Part shown: piece by piece, positions 10,950-21,700 of the stretch
How positions within the stretch are numbered: position 1 is the first letter of the stretch
How the letters are laid out: every line of letters starts with the position of its first letter
NCBI GenBank assembly: GCA_041739995.1
Contig: JBGSMV010000033.1
Span: 13,251-77,250, forward strand
Direction: 5' to 3'
DNA: 64,000 bases
Origin: Bdellovibrionota bacterium
GTDB taxonomy: Bacteria; Bdellovibrionota_C; UBA2361; JBGSMV01
Notes under the pieces: model-generated
The model's database searches: none
Seen by the model: the letters and a program-made list of their open reading frames with translations, nothing else
Told to the model about the DNA's origin: nothing
Position numbers and translations under genes: made by a program

Positions 10950-12281
10950 TTGAAGAGCCATATTGTGGACGCACTTGAGCTCCTCAAATCACTGGTAGCC
11001 ATTCCTTCGGTAAACCCGTTTCGCTTGGTTAACCACGATGAGCTGCCTTCTCCGCAGCCCGGAGCCCTCCCTGCTGCTATAGGCTGGGGAACCGAGACTC
11101 AAATGAACCTCTTTATTGAAGAAGTGCTCAAAGCCTCTGGCTTCGAAGTCTCCCGCCAGATGCTTAATTCTGAGCTGCTTCTTTCCAGAGGGGCCGAACA
11201 GGTAACCCTGCCTGCCCGCTGGAATGTACTTGGAGAGAAAACAGGCTCTACGAATACTCCCAAAAAGTCGGTGTTACTGATGGGCCACACGGACACCGTC
11301 GACGTCAAGCATGGCTGGGAAAGCGATCCTTTCTGCATCACGCCGTACACCGTTGACTCAAGAGAGCGCTGGTATGGGCTTGGTGCCAACGACATGAAAG
11401 GAGGATTGGCAGCTATTCTTGCAGCCGGTGCCGCTTTCACACCCACCGACATTTCTTTGAAGGTTGCGTTCGTAGTCGACGAAGAATTCTATTCTCTCGG
11501 AGCACACGCGCTGTGCCAGTCGGACTTCTTAGACGATGTCGCACTTGCCATTTTGCCAGAGATTGGAGACGGGGCGAATACATTTGATGAACAGTGGGTG
11601 GGGCTCGGGCGTCTTGGTCGCAGGGAATTTGAGTTTGAGGTGATAGGGAACGCTTGCCACGGCGCTGACGCATTTATTAGAAGCGATATGGTGAATGCGG
11701 TACATGAAGCCGCAAAGCTAGAAGTCGCCCTCATTCAGCATTGCCTATCATCAAAGCGCAGTTTCTCTGGACTAGGGACAGAGCACTTCGCCCGGCCCGT
11801 CATGAACTCATTATTTCTAAGCCAACACACTGGCGGCGCGGCGACGTTAAGCATTCCGGACAAGGCGGGATGCCTGCTAGACCGCACTTTCTTACCTGAT
11901 GAATCTGCTGAGCAAGAGCTTCGCGCCTTGAATGGCTTGATTTCAAAACTTCAAGCCGAAGCAGTAATAGACCCGCGTGCTCGAATTTCTGTTCGCGAAA
12001 GAGCGCGCCCTACCCCGGCCTGCCAACCTTACTTTTTCGATCCGAAAAATCCCCTAATTCAGCTCGCCATTGACGCCGCCAGAAAACACGCCAAGTTTGT
12101 TTCTCTTGGCATAGGCCGTTCAGTAGCGGATGAAAATATCATTGCGGCTCGCGGCATTCCAACGGTTACGCTTGGGCCCGTGGGTGAAGGCAGTCATACC
12201 GCAAAAGAATGGGTAGACCCGGAGAGCGTCTCGCGGCTCACTTCTATATTTGTTTCCATCCTTGAGAAAATTCGGCCGTAG
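10950..12281 (+). CDS. M20 family metallopeptidase/deacylase (ArgE/DapE-like)
   Basis: LVAIPSVN, GHTDTV, GANDMKGG, VDEE, GP...SHTAKEWV metal-binding motifs. Confidence 0.88.
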   Translation: MKSHIVDALELLKSLVAIPSVNPFRLVNHDELPSPQPGALPAAIGWGTETQMNLFIEEVLKASGFEVSRQMLNSELLLSRGAEQVTLPARWNVLGEKTGSTNTPKKSVLLMGHTDTVDVKHGWESDPFCITPYTVDSRERWYGLGANDMKGGLAAILAAGAAFTPTDISLKVAFVVDEEFYSLGAHALCQSDFLDDVALAILPEIGDGANTFDEQWVGLGRLGRREFEFEVIGNACHGADAFIRSDMVNAVHEAAKLEVALIQHCLSSKRSFSGLGTEHFARPVMNSLFLSQHTGGAATLSIPDKAGCLLDRTFLPDESAEQELRALNGLISKLQAEAVIDPRARISVRERARPTPACQPYFFDPKNPLIQLAIDAARKHAKFVSLGIGRSVADENIIAARGIPTVTLGPVGEGSHTAKEWVDPESVSRLTSIFVSILEKIRP

Positions 12282-12335
12282 TTTCACCGACTACCAACTC
12301 AAACAAAGTACGCTTGGATTCTCAAGCCAAAGCGA

Positions 12336-12989
12336 TCAGCGCTTGCTCGCTAAGACGATAGTCCACGGCAACGGAGTCTCGACGGCAATGACGGGGCCGA
12401 ACTCTCGTTTGATCAATTTTACTATCCCTGAGCGGGACCAATGATTGAGATGCCCGGGAGTATTCCCGAGATCGCTCCAGTACTTGCCTCGACACATGTT
12501 CAAAAATCTCCATATGGGTTCACGAGGAACTCCGAGAATTAGATGCTTACGTGATACCCGATGAATCTCAGCCAACGCCTTTCGCGGATCTTCGAGATGT
12601 TCCAACACTTCAAGCAGAAATATGAGGTCAACGCTGTTACTCTCGCGTTGCAGCGCATACACGTCTTCCTGTCGAACTCTTATGCCCGGATTTATGTCTG
12701 CTGCTATTTCAACCTGATGCTGAAGGAACTCGGAAGCTTCCAGAGAGGCTCCCTCTGGAAGGAGCGGGACAAGTCGCTGGGTCGAATGCCCCTCCCCACA
12801 ACCGATCTCTAACGTGGTCAACGAAGCGGAGCGAGGCACACGGCTCAGCAATTTGCCGACACTGTTGAAATACCCCGCGACCAGAAATCGACTAATCGGA
12901 TTCCTCTCCTCGTATTTACCGCGGAAGTCTTCTCGCCCATCCGCCATGGCTGTTGCGCGTGTATCACGATCGGGCGCTATTATTTCCAT
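12336..12989 (-). CDS. Class I SAM-dependent methyltransferase
   Basis: LEIGCGEG motif I, LEVLEHLEDP, NTPGHLNHWS. Confidence 0.9.
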   Translation of the reverse strand: MEIIAPDRDTRATAMADGREDFRGKYEERNPISRFLVAGYFNSVGKLLSRVPRSASLTTLEIGCGEGHSTQRLVPLLPEGASLEASEFLQHQVEIAADINPGIRVRQEDVYALQRESNSVDLIFLLEVLEHLEDPRKALAEIHRVSRKHLILGVPREPIWRFLNMCRGKYWSDLGNTPGHLNHWSRSGIVKLIKREFGPVIAVETPLPWTIVLASKR

Positions 12990-13065
12990 GAAGCCTCTCT
13001 ATAACACTTTTCGGCCCCGCGCCAAGACATCGCTCCGAACGAGCTGCGCAAACGCCAGACTTACC

Positions 13066-14322
13066 TCACCGAGCTGCACTCTCCGCAACGGCAGTCCCTG
13101 CAATCCACCCAGTAGTCCACGCACTCTGAAAATTGAAGCCTCCGGTCACACCATCAATATTCAGAAGCTCTCCTGAGATATAAAGGTTCGCGGAAAGCTT
13201 GCTTTGCATGCTTCTAAAATCGACTTCTCGCAAATCCACGCCGCCGCTGGTCACAAACTCCTCTTTGAATTGCCCTTTACCGTCGATGGCTATCGCATGG
13301 CGAGTCAGCATATTCACCAGGCTCTCAAGAACGAGATTACTCATTCGGCTCCACACTTGCTCTGAGTCCTGCGCCAGAGTGCGCCGAACAAGCAACTCCC
13401 AAAGGCGACTGGGGATGCTGTAAAGCGGAGATTTGCTGATCGACTTGAAAGGCTGCTTGCTTCTTAGCTCGCGTAGATAGCTTCGACACTGATCTTGTTT
13501 CGCACCCGCCGTCCAATCGATCAGCAAATCACCACGATATCCAGCATCAAACAGTTCAAGCGCCGCCAAGCTTGAAAGTTTTAACACAGCAGGACCACTT
13601 AAACCCCAATGCGTGATCAATAGCGGCTTCTGCACGACCACATGCTTCACTCCGTTGATCTCAAGCGAAAGATTGACGCGCGGGACAGAAACTCCTGACA
13701 GTGCGCAGAGTTGTTTGTCAGACACATTGAAAGTAAACAGCGAAGGTGCCAGAGGGGTGATGGAGTGTCCTAATTCCCCTGCAAATTGATATCCGGACTT
13801 ATGTCCACCGGTCGCAAGAAGAACCGCCGCGGCCCCGAATTCTCCCTCCAGTGCCCCCGTTGTCTTTAGGAGGTACGAACCCTCTTCGTCCTTCTGTACA
13901 CTTTCAACCCGGCATTGAGTATGTAAGACGATCCCCAAAGCCTGGCGTTCGCGCTCCAGGCAAGAAATCACCGTTTCCGAAGAATCGGTCACAGGAAACA
14001 TCCGTCCATCGGCTTCAGTTTTAAGTTCCACCCCTCGTTCGGCGAACCAAGCCACAGTGTCTTGCGGCTGAAACTTGTGAAAGGCCGATAGGAGTTCCTT
14101 TGAACCGCGCGGATAATTTTCTTTCAAAAGTTTGGGCTCGAAGCATTGATGCGTGACGTTGCAGCGCCCGCCACCGGAAATTCGAACCTTTTCTAAGGTT
14201 CGCCGTCCTGATTCGAAGATTGCAATCTTTAGAGCCGGGTTAAGGGCAGCAGCGCGTAGAGCGGCAAAATAGCCAGCAGCGCCTCCTCCAATCACTGCGA
14301 GATCGAGCTCGGTTACAGTCAT
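13066..14322 (-). CDS. HI0933/BaiN-family flavoprotein
   Basis: IGGGAAG, KVRISGGGRCNVT, EADGRMFP, LLITHWGLSGP, VTSGGV, GELLNIDGVTGGFNFQSAWTTG. Confidence 0.92.
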   Translation of the reverse strand: MTVTELDLAVIGGGAAGYFAALRAAALNPALKIAIFESGRRTLEKVRISGGGRCNVTHQCFEPKLLKENYPRGSKELLSAFHKFQPQDTVAWFAERGVELKTEADGRMFPVTDSSETVISCLERERQALGIVLHTQCRVESVQKDEEGSYLLKTTGALEGEFGAAAVLLATGGHKSGYQFAGELGHSITPLAPSLFTFNVSDKQLCALSGVSVPRVNLSLEINGVKHVVVQKPLLITHWGLSGPAVLKLSSLAALELFDAGYRGDLLIDWTAGAKQDQCRSYLRELRSKQPFKSISKSPLYSIPSRLWELLVRRTLAQDSEQVWSRMSNLVLESLVNMLTRHAIAIDGKGQFKEEFVTSGGVDLREVDFRSMQSKLSANLYISGELLNIDGVTGGFNFQSAWTTGWIAGTAVAESAAR

Positions 14323-14420
14323 TCCCGTATACTATCTTGTTCGGTTATATAGTCACGCAGTGGAGACTTTAAGAACATCTCCAACTCCATTTACTGCTAA
14401 GTTACATCAAGAGACGGAGG

Positions 14421-15812
14421 CTACTTTAGGTAAGGTAGCATCTGGGCAGCGAAGGTAAGCGCTAAGAAAAAGCCACACATATCGGTAACGGTAGTGAGAA
14501 TGAGCCCTGAAACCAGAGCCGGATCGAATCCAAGTCGCTTAACCAGCAAGGGCAACATGCCACCCGCCGTGGCAGAAATTACGATGTTAATTCCTTGCGC
14601 CGTTCCGACGACAAGCCCAAGATAAGGATTGCCGTCCCAGGCCCACGCCACCAGCCCCACGACGACCGCAAGCGAGAGTCCATTAATTATCCCAGTGGCG
14701 ACTTCTTTCAGCACCACACGCAAGATTTCAGTGTGGCGAACGAGCCCCAGAGTTAACTCCCGAATACTGACTGCCACCGCTTGCTGGCCTGCGCATCCGC
14801 TCATATCGGACAGAATCGGAAGAAACACGGCAAGTGCGACGACTTCTCGCAATGTGTCTTGATTCAACGCAATCACACTCGCCGAGACCAGATTCAGCAT
14901 GACATTGAGAGAGAGCCAGGAGAGTCTTCTTCGCACTCGAATACCCAGTGGATGCGTTCGATACTCCTCTCCACCAATAATTCCTTTGGAGGCCAGAAAG
15001 GCCGCATCACTTTCGTCAACGAGCGCTTCATCAACCGCGCGACGACGCACCACTCCAATCAACATGCCCCGCTTGTCGACTACTGGAAGTCCCACATAGG
15101 CATGCTCTTCAAATATCTGAGCAACTTCTTGGAGTGAGAGTTCAGCAGGAAGCACTCGCACTTCTCGTATCATGACTTCGGCGATTTTTTGTGAGGCTGG
15201 GGCTAGCAACAGATCGCGGGCTCGGAGCACGCCAACTGGGTGCCCGATTGCGTCGACCACATACAGGTACTGAATATCGTACTCCGCAATCTCAGATCTT
15301 CGGTCTCTTAAACCCGTAAACACATCATGAACGGTGATGTCGTCTCTGAAGGTCACAAATTCCGTGACCATCAGTCCACCAGCCGATTGCGGGTCGTGCT
15401 CAACAAGGGACCTCGCCTCAGCAGCTTCGCCGGGGTCCATTTGAGCGTAAATCGCTTCGGCACTTTCTGTTTCTAGATGCCCCAGAACGTCAGCTTGATG
15501 GTCACTATCAAGTTCTTCAACAATTGAGGCGGCATCACCCGGTTCAAGACGCTCAATTAGTTCAGCAGCTTCGTGCTCGGGCAGGGTCTCAACCAGCTCA
15601 GCCGCTTCCTCAGGAGAGAGCATGGTAAGCAAGCGGTCTTGATTATCGTCGTCGAGTCGAGAGATTGCGCGCGCACGTTCGCTCCAGCGCAGTCCATCCA
15701 GAAAAGACTCGACGGCACTTGGCCTACCGGCTTCAATCAGACGCTCGAGTTTTTCCCAAGGCCTGGCGTCCTCTGCCTCTAGGTCGCGGACCATCTCGTC
15801 TGAGTCATTCAT
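14421..15812 (-). CDS. mgtE: Magnesium transporter MgtE
   Basis: Acidic MgtE_N helices, SAGGLM, CBS pair, RRRLSWL, GFDPALVSG..LTTVTD. Confidence 0.93.
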   Translation of the reverse strand: MNDSDEMVRDLEAEDARPWEKLERLIEAGRPSAVESFLDGLRWSERARAISRLDDDNQDRLLTMLSPEEAAELVETLPEHEAAELIERLEPGDAASIVEELDSDHQADVLGHLETESAEAIYAQMDPGEAAEARSLVEHDPQSAGGLMVTEFVTFRDDITVHDVFTGLRDRRSEIAEYDIQYLYVVDAIGHPVGVLRARDLLLAPASQKIAEVMIREVRVLPAELSLQEVAQIFEEHAYVGLPVVDKRGMLIGVVRRRAVDEALVDESDAAFLASKGIIGGEEYRTHPLGIRVRRRLSWLSLNVMLNLVSASVIALNQDTLREVVALAVFLPILSDMSGCAGQQAVAVSIRELTLGLVRHTEILRVVLKEVATGIINGLSLAVVVGLVAWAWDGNPYLGLVVGTAQGINIVISATAGGMLPLLVKRLGFDPALVSGLILTTVTDMCGFFLALTFAAQMLPYLK

Positions 15813-15862
15813 GTCGCACCGAGATGCTCTCTTGGAAATTCATAAACCGGACAGCAGGCTTA

Positions 15863-17491
15863 CTAGAGTACTTGCTCAAATCCTTGAGATTCGGACTCAC
15901 CGATGAAGCAACGAAAGGCCCTGCCCCGCTCCTCAAAATCAGAAAACTCATCAAAGCTGGCACATCCTGGACTAAAAAGTACGATATCCCGCTGTTCCGC
16001 GTTCATACGAACTCGCACAACTGCGGCTCCGAGATTAGGTTCATCGGAGGTCTGAATTCGGCGACTAAGACCTTCCGCAAGGAGCGCCGCGTGCACTCGT
16101 GGCCCATCCTGCCCAAAAAATACGATTGCCTTAATATTCACTCCTGGTTCATGCAGCACTTTCATCAACGGAGCCCAGGAACCCCGCTTGGCTAACCCAC
16201 CCACCATTAACACCAATCGACGTCCCGGAAACTGCGTAGAGACTGCGCGAATCGCTTCGCAAGTTGCGGCGACTGTAGTCGCTTTGGAATCATTAAGAAT
16301 TACTTGAGAAGACGTATCGCTGGGAACCAGCTCAAGGCGGTGAGCGAGCGGCTCGAAGCCTCGAATTGCCAATTCAACCGCTGGGGCTTGAGTCCATAAA
16401 TCAATTCCATTGGCACAAAGCGAGAGAATGGCTGCTGCAAGATTATAGCGATTATGTAATCCGATTAGTTTAGTGCCGGAGAGGTCAACCAGCACTTCTC
16501 GATTCCAAATCCCTTCAGTGCAAACTTTACCACGCTCTAAGCGGTCATCGCTCCAGCGCACTCGCACCGTATCTCGTCTTCGCTCTGGTGCATATTCAAT
16601 CTCAGCCAATCCAAAGACTCTCGCCCGATGGTCACTAGCTTTAATCTGCTTGAGATTTGCGCCACCACGAACGCCCACCCATCCGATACGCGCTCGAGTT
16701 CGCTCAGCACAGGATTTGGAAAATGGATCATCAGCATTGAGAATCGAGATGTCGCTCGCGCTCTGCCGCGCAAACATTTTGACCTTGGCGTCACCATAAG
16801 CCTCAAAAGTCTTGTGGCGCTCTAGGTGGTTTTCCGAGAGGTTCAATAAGACAGCAACTTCTGGCTTCATAGCCTGACAAGCTTCCAGTTGGTAACTCGA
16901 CGCCTCTACAACCAATGCATCGACATCAGCCCTTTCCGCAAAAGGATTGGCCTGCTGCAGCTTCTCACAGAAGGCAGCGGCCAACGGTAGGCCGATATTT
17001 CCACACAACATGCTGCGACTGCCACAGCTTTGCAGCAGATGATGCACCAGACTTACGGTAGTACTCTTGCCATTGCTCCCGGTAATAACCACCGAAGGTT
17101 TGGCGAACAGCGCCATTCCCATTTCCAGCTCACTGAACACGCCGATATTCTGGGTGCGGGAATGAATAATAAGAGCTGATTCTAGAGACACCCCCGGACT
17201 CACAATTACGCAAGAATATGGGCCAATCGCCGGCGGAATATCAGCTTCGCCTACCCCCCAGAAAACCTGGATACCGCTCAGGAATTCCTCGATTGCCGAC
17301 TTTCCCAAGCCAGCCTTACGACGAAACTCTTCTTCGCTTAAGGATTCAGTCGCCACTACCTTAATGCCCATTTTCTTGAACAGCTCGACTGTTGCCCTGC
17401 CACTGACGCCCAGGCCCATGACCAGTACCGCTCGACCGGCTGCGTGAGCACACTTAAGTTCTAAGACAATATCCTTCGAGGAAGCCTGCAT
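15863..17491 (-). CDS. murD: UDP-MurNAc-L-Ala:D-Glu ligase
   Basis: GLGVSG, ITGSNGKSTT, GNIG, EASSYQLE, HRLE, NDSKAT, SPGCASFDEF. Confidence 0.95.
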   Translation of the reverse strand: MQASSKDIVLELKCAHAAGRAVLVMGLGVSGRATVELFKKMGIKVVATESLSEEEFRRKAGLGKSAIEEFLSGIQVFWGVGEADIPPAIGPYSCVIVSPGVSLESALIIHSRTQNIGVFSELEMGMALFAKPSVVITGSNGKSTTVSLVHHLLQSCGSRSMLCGNIGLPLAAAFCEKLQQANPFAERADVDALVVEASSYQLEACQAMKPEVAVLLNLSENHLERHKTFEAYGDAKVKMFARQSASDISILNADDPFSKSCAERTRARIGWVGVRGGANLKQIKASDHRARVFGLAEIEYAPERRRDTVRVRWSDDRLERGKVCTEGIWNREVLVDLSGTKLIGLHNRYNLAAAILSLCANGIDLWTQAPAVELAIRGFEPLAHRLELVPSDTSSQVILNDSKATTVAATCEAIRAVSTQFPGRRLVLMVGGLAKRGSWAPLMKVLHEPGVNIKAIVFFGQDGPRVHAALLAEGLSRRIQTSDEPNLGAAVVRVRMNAEQRDIVLFSPGCASFDEFSDFEERGRAFRCFIGESESQGFEQVL

Positions 17492-17502
17492 AGAAAATTA
17501 CC

Positions 17503-18579
17503 TTATCTAAGCTTTAGCGTCGTGAGCGAGAGTAATGCGAGTACAATTGAGATAATCCAGAATCGAACAATAATTTTTGGCTCAGCCCAACCTTTGAGTT
17601 CAAAGTGGTGATGAATCGGAGCCATGCGAAAAACTCGCTTCCCGGTCAGCTTGAAAGAATACCTCTGCACCAACACCGAGAGCGTCTCCACCACGAAAAC
17701 GCCCCCCGCCAATACCAAAACTACTTCATGCTTCGTAAGGACAGCGACTAGCCCCAGCAGGCCGCCAAGTGCCAGCGCCCCAATATCGCCCATGAACACT
17801 TGCGCTGGAAAAGTGTTATACCACAAAAAGCCGAGTCCTCCTGCAACAACCGCCGCCATAGGAATCGCGAGCTCTCCTGTGCCTGGAATATGCGGAATGC
17901 CCAAATAGCCAGAGACCACCACATGACCGGCAAGGTAGGCGAATAGACCGTACGTGGCTGCCACCGTCATAACGGGTCCAATGGCGAGACCATCTAAACC
18001 ATCAGTCAGATTCACTGCATTGCTGGTTCCCACAATCACCACCGCGATGAAGGGCAGAAACAACCAGCCCAGTGAGATTTCCCACTCTTTAAAGAAGGGG
18101 AAGTGTAAGGCGGTCGAGAAGCCACTAAACCAAAGCACCAGTCCGACCAAAAGCGCGATTCCAAACTGTGCAATCATCTTCTCACGTTCTGAGAGACCTT
18201 TAGAATTCTGCTGACAGACTTTGCGCCAATCATCAAAAAATCCAATTAGCCCGAACAGCAGAAGCACTCCCACTGTCAACCACACATAAAGATTAGAAAG
18301 ATCTGCGAGCAATAGAGTCGCGAGAATGACCGCCAGCACTATCACCACGCCGCCCATGGTCGGCGTACCTTTCTTGCCCTCGTGACCTTTCGGTCCGTCG
18401 TCACGAATAGGTTGTCCTTGAACTCCAAGCGCCTTCAGTTTGCGAATAAAGACTGGCTCGAGTGCTAAGACGAAAGTGAACGCGAACAAGAAAGCCAACA
18501 TGGCTCTGAACGTCTGATAACGAAACACGTTCAGTCCAGCGAGTTCGTTTCGAAATTCTACAAGGAGGTGATACAGCAT
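17503..18579 (-). CDS. mraY: Phospho-MurNAc-pentapeptide transferase
   Basis: KKGTPTMGG, NAVNLTDGLDGLA, VFMGDIG, MAPIHHHFE. Confidence 0.97.
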   Translation of the reverse strand: MLYHLLVEFRNELAGLNVFRYQTFRAMLAFLFAFTFVLALEPVFIRKLKALGVQGQPIRDDGPKGHEGKKGTPTMGGVVIVLAVILATLLLADLSNLYVWLTVGVLLLFGLIGFFDDWRKVCQQNSKGLSEREKMIAQFGIALLVGLVLWFSGFSTALHFPFFKEWEISLGWLFLPFIAVVIVGTSNAVNLTDGLDGLAIGPVMTVAATYGLFAYLAGHVVVSGYLGIPHIPGTGELAIPMAAVVAGGLGFLWYNTFPAQVFMGDIGALALGGLLGLVAVLTKHEVVLVLAGGVFVVETLSVLVQRYSFKLTGKRVFRMAPIHHHFELKGWAEPKIIVRFWIISIVLALLSLTTLKLR

Positions 18580-18671
18580 AACGATTCAAGCGAGCGCGAC
18601 CTCTAAGATCAGGTCAGGTACGCACAACCAAAAATTAAGAAGCAGTACTGCGTCAAAAACTAACTTTCTAT

Positions 18672-20147
18672 TCAATCCTTTCCCGACACAGCTTTGCCCA
18701 ACCGAGTATTAATCATTCGAACGGCCTGGTCGAGCTGTATACCTCTAGAACCTTTAACCATAAGAATAGAATGGGGTTGAGTTAATACCCAGTCGGCGGC
18801 AGCTTCAGGCGTCAGTGTATGAAGAGAAGGAGTGGCGGCCTGGTTGGCCGTGGTACCTTCGAGCCTCTCTAAATAGTGCTTTGACAGCGGCCCAACCGCG
18901 GCAACCGCGACTGGGCTGGCTGCTTTCACTTGAGCGCTCATCTCCTTGTGCAACTCTTCCGCCCGATGACCCATTTCCAACATGTCACCAATGACAAGAG
19001 CTACCTTTTGACCGGCAGCCGACAAATCCCTGGCCACACCTAAAAACGCCCCCATCGAGGCTGGATTGGCGTTGTAGGAGTCATCGATGATCCATCGTCC
19101 TTCCGCAATCTGACGGCAGTTCATCCTCATGGCTGGCGCAACAAAGCTCGCCAAGCGCTTTGAGATCTGATCGACCGTTATCTGCGGGGCGAGCAGTCGA
19201 GCGATTAAAGCCGCACATGCCGCGTTATAAGCATTCTGGGTACCCAGTATCTCCATTTTTACCTCTGCTCGCTCTTCGACCTGCGCCGAGCCTGGGGGCC
19301 CGTGGCGAAGAACCAAAGTGAAGCCGATGCCCTCCAAGCCGAAGCTTCGAATCCCCACTACTTGAGCCTGACACTGCGGGTCATCCCCAAAATAGCTGAC
19401 TGGCAATCGGTGTTTGGGGTCCAGAACCTCGCGACCACGCCCAAGACAAGCATCAGAATGATTGAGTACGACAGTCCCTCCGGGCCTAAGGCCCTGCGTT
19501 ATTTCAAACTTAGCCGCCGCGATCTCATCTAATGAATGGAAATTCTCAAGATGTGCAGGCGCGATACAGGTAATGCCGACATGATTCGGCTCTGCTATTC
19601 TTGTTATTCGGGCGATCTCGCCAGCATGGCTCATGCCCATTTCCACCACCGCCCACTGATGCTCTCGCGTCATGCCGCATAAGGTGTAAGGCAGTCCAAC
19701 ATGGTTATTGAAAGACTTCTTAGAATATGCTCCAGGCCCCACGCCAAGCAGTAGATGTGCCGCGATTTCTTTCACAGTGGTCTTCCCCACTGAGCCGGTG
19801 ATTGCAAACAAGGGCAGGTTAAGTTCGTTTCTCCACCAGCGCGCCAAGTCAGAAAAAGCATCTAGGCTATTGGGCACCACCACAATGCGATCACGATGAG
19901 GCGAAGCCGAAAAGAGCGATCCGTCCTCTACCACCACCAACGCAGCACCGGAAACGAGCACTTGGTCCACATACTGATGACCGTGCGTAGTGGCGCCGTC
20001 TAGTGCAAAGAAAAGCTCGCCACCTCTAATTTCACGCGAATCAAACTGCACTCCTACAAATGAGATTCTCGTATCGTCTGATTCAGAAGAGAGAGCCGCT
20101 CCCTTCACTATTTCGCACAGGCGCTTTTTTGACAGGCTTATCGACAT
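18672..20147 (-). CDS. murF: UDP-MurNAc-tripeptide:D-Ala-D-Ala ligase
   Basis: DSR, ITGSVGKTTVKE, FNNHVGLP, VEMGM, DDSYNANP, GDMLEMG, KGSRG. Confidence 0.95.
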   Translation of the reverse strand: MSISLSKKRLCEIVKGAALSSESDDTRISFVGVQFDSREIRGGELFFALDGATTHGHQYVDQVLVSGAALVVVEDGSLFSASPHRDRIVVVPNSLDAFSDLARWWRNELNLPLFAITGSVGKTTVKEIAAHLLLGVGPGAYSKKSFNNHVGLPYTLCGMTREHQWAVVEMGMSHAGEIARITRIAEPNHVGITCIAPAHLENFHSLDEIAAAKFEITQGLRPGGTVVLNHSDACLGRGREVLDPKHRLPVSYFGDDPQCQAQVVGIRSFGLEGIGFTLVLRHGPPGSAQVEERAEVKMEILGTQNAYNAACAALIARLLAPQITVDQISKRLASFVAPAMRMNCRQIAEGRWIIDDSYNANPASMGAFLGVARDLSAAGQKVALVIGDMLEMGHRAEELHKEMSAQVKAASPVAVAAVGPLSKHYLERLEGTTANQAATPSLHTLTPEAAADWVLTQPHSILMVKGSRGIQLDQAVRMINTRLGKAVSGKD

Positions 20148-20161
20148 TTCTATTCCCTTAC

Positions 20162-21700
20162 CTATTTTCCTGCCTCTTCCCCATAGAAGCGCCGAACTTC
20201 CTCATGATCCGAGAAGTGAGTCTTCGTCTGTCCGATAATCTGATAGTCCTCATGCCCCTTACCAGCAATCAGCACTGAATCGGAACGACCCGCAGCCTGG
20301 AGCACCGTTTGGATTGCTTGTGTCCTATCGACCTGCACTATGCCGTCAGACTTAATTCTCTCCCCCGCAGAGCAATTAAGCACTTCGTTCACGATTTTTT
20401 GTGGATCTTCAGTGCGTGGATTGTCAGAGGTGAGCACTACCTTATCCGCAAAAGACGTCGCGACTTCGGCCATGATAGGACGCTTTCCAGGATCCCTGTC
20501 CCCGCCACATCCGAACAACACCCACAAATTTCCCTTTGTGGTAAGCCGAACGGCCGTCAATGCTTTCTCAAGTGCATCTGGGGTGTGCGCATAATCGACG
20601 TATACCGCTGGGTCTTGGGAACGCAGACACTCAAGACGCCCCGTCACCGTGGGAATTCCTGACAGGTGATCACATATCTCGGCAAGTGAGTATCCAAGCG
20701 CATGCACACACGCCACTGCCGAAGCAGTGTTCTGAGCGTTATGATGCCCAATCATATCGGTAGTGGCGTGAATCAGCGCTCCAAAACCAGAAAACACTAA
20801 CTGGCTTCCCGCACCAACGGTTTGCATATCAGAAATTCTCAAATTCGCATCCTGTGCAAATCCGGTCGTGCAAATTTTGAGTTTCCCCTCTCGGGTGAGC
20901 TCCTTCGCAAGCTGCCTTCCGTATGGATCGTCAATACAAATCACTCCAGTCGGCTGGGGCTTAGTGCTTTGCGCCGCAAGCTCGAATAGCTTTCTCTTAG
21001 CTCGATAGTACTCTTCCATCGTCTTGTGATAGTCGAGGTGATCTCTTGTGAGATTGGTAAAGGCTACGACGTCGAACTGAACATCATCAGCGCGGCATTG
21101 CGCGAGTGCATGCGAAGACACCTCAAGCACCGCTGACTGACACCCGGATGCGAGCCCTTGCCGCAGCACTCCTTGAAGTTGAACTGCATCAGGCGTGGTG
21201 CGCATACCAATTCGGGCATGATAGCTCGGCATTCCCAGCCCCAGAGTACCCAGACGCACACAAGAAAATCCGAGGCGATTCAGTAGATGAAATACTAACC
21301 AGTTGATGGTGGTCTTGCCGTTGGTACCGGTAACCCCAACCACTTTGAGTGCAGACGAAGGGTACCCGAACCGTAGGGCTGCAAGAGCGCTCAAAGCCTT
21401 GCGAGTATCGGAGACTTCGATGACGGCTATTCCTTCAGGCACCTCACTCAAGGAAGGGAAGCAATCATGCTGTACCACTAACAACGCGGCCCCCCTCTCG
21501 ACCGCGTCTCCGATATAGTTGTGTCCGTCCGCAACAACTCCTCGAATGGCGACGAAACAACTACCGGGCACACAGGCACTACTGGACACGCACAGCTCAG
21601 AAACTGAAGCACCACTCACTCCACCATGGCGAAGATTTCCGTCAATCAACTTGGCAATTTCGGCGATCGATTCGTTCCACGGGTAAGGTGCTTCATTCAT
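20162..21700 (-). CDS. murE: UDP-MurNAc-dipeptide:meso-DAP ligase
   Basis: VTGTNGKTT, EVSSHAL, FTNLTRDHLDYH, DYAHTPDAL, DNPR (DAP-type motif), AGKGHEDYQ. Confidence 0.96.
   Translation of the reverse strand: MNEAPYPWNESIAEIAKLIDGNLRHGGVSGASVSELCVSSSACVPGSCFVAIRGVVADGHNYIGDAVERGAALLVVQHDCFPSLSEVPEGIAVIEVSDTRKALSALAALRFGYPSSALKVVGVTGTNGKTTINWLVFHLLNRLGFSCVRLGTLGLGMPSYHARIGMRTTPDAVQLQGVLRQGLASGCQSAVLEVSSHALAQCRADDVQFDVVAFTNLTRDHLDYHKTMEEYYRAKRKLFELAAQSTKPQPTGVICIDDPYGRQLAKELTREGKLKICTTGFAQDANLRISDMQTVGAGSQLVFSGFGALIHATTDMIGHHNAQNTASAVACVHALGYSLAEICDHLSGIPTVTGRLECLRSQDPAVYVDYAHTPDALEKALTAVRLTTKGNLWVLFGCGGDRDPGKRPIMAEVATSFADKVVLTSDNPRTEDPQKIVNEVLNCSAGERIKSDGIVQVDRTQAIQTVLQAAGRSDSVLIAGKGHEDYQIIGQTKTHFSDHEEVRRFYGEEAGK

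Noticed and set aside
15813..15862. M-box riboswitch before mgtE
   Set aside because: Gap from murD is only 50 nt.
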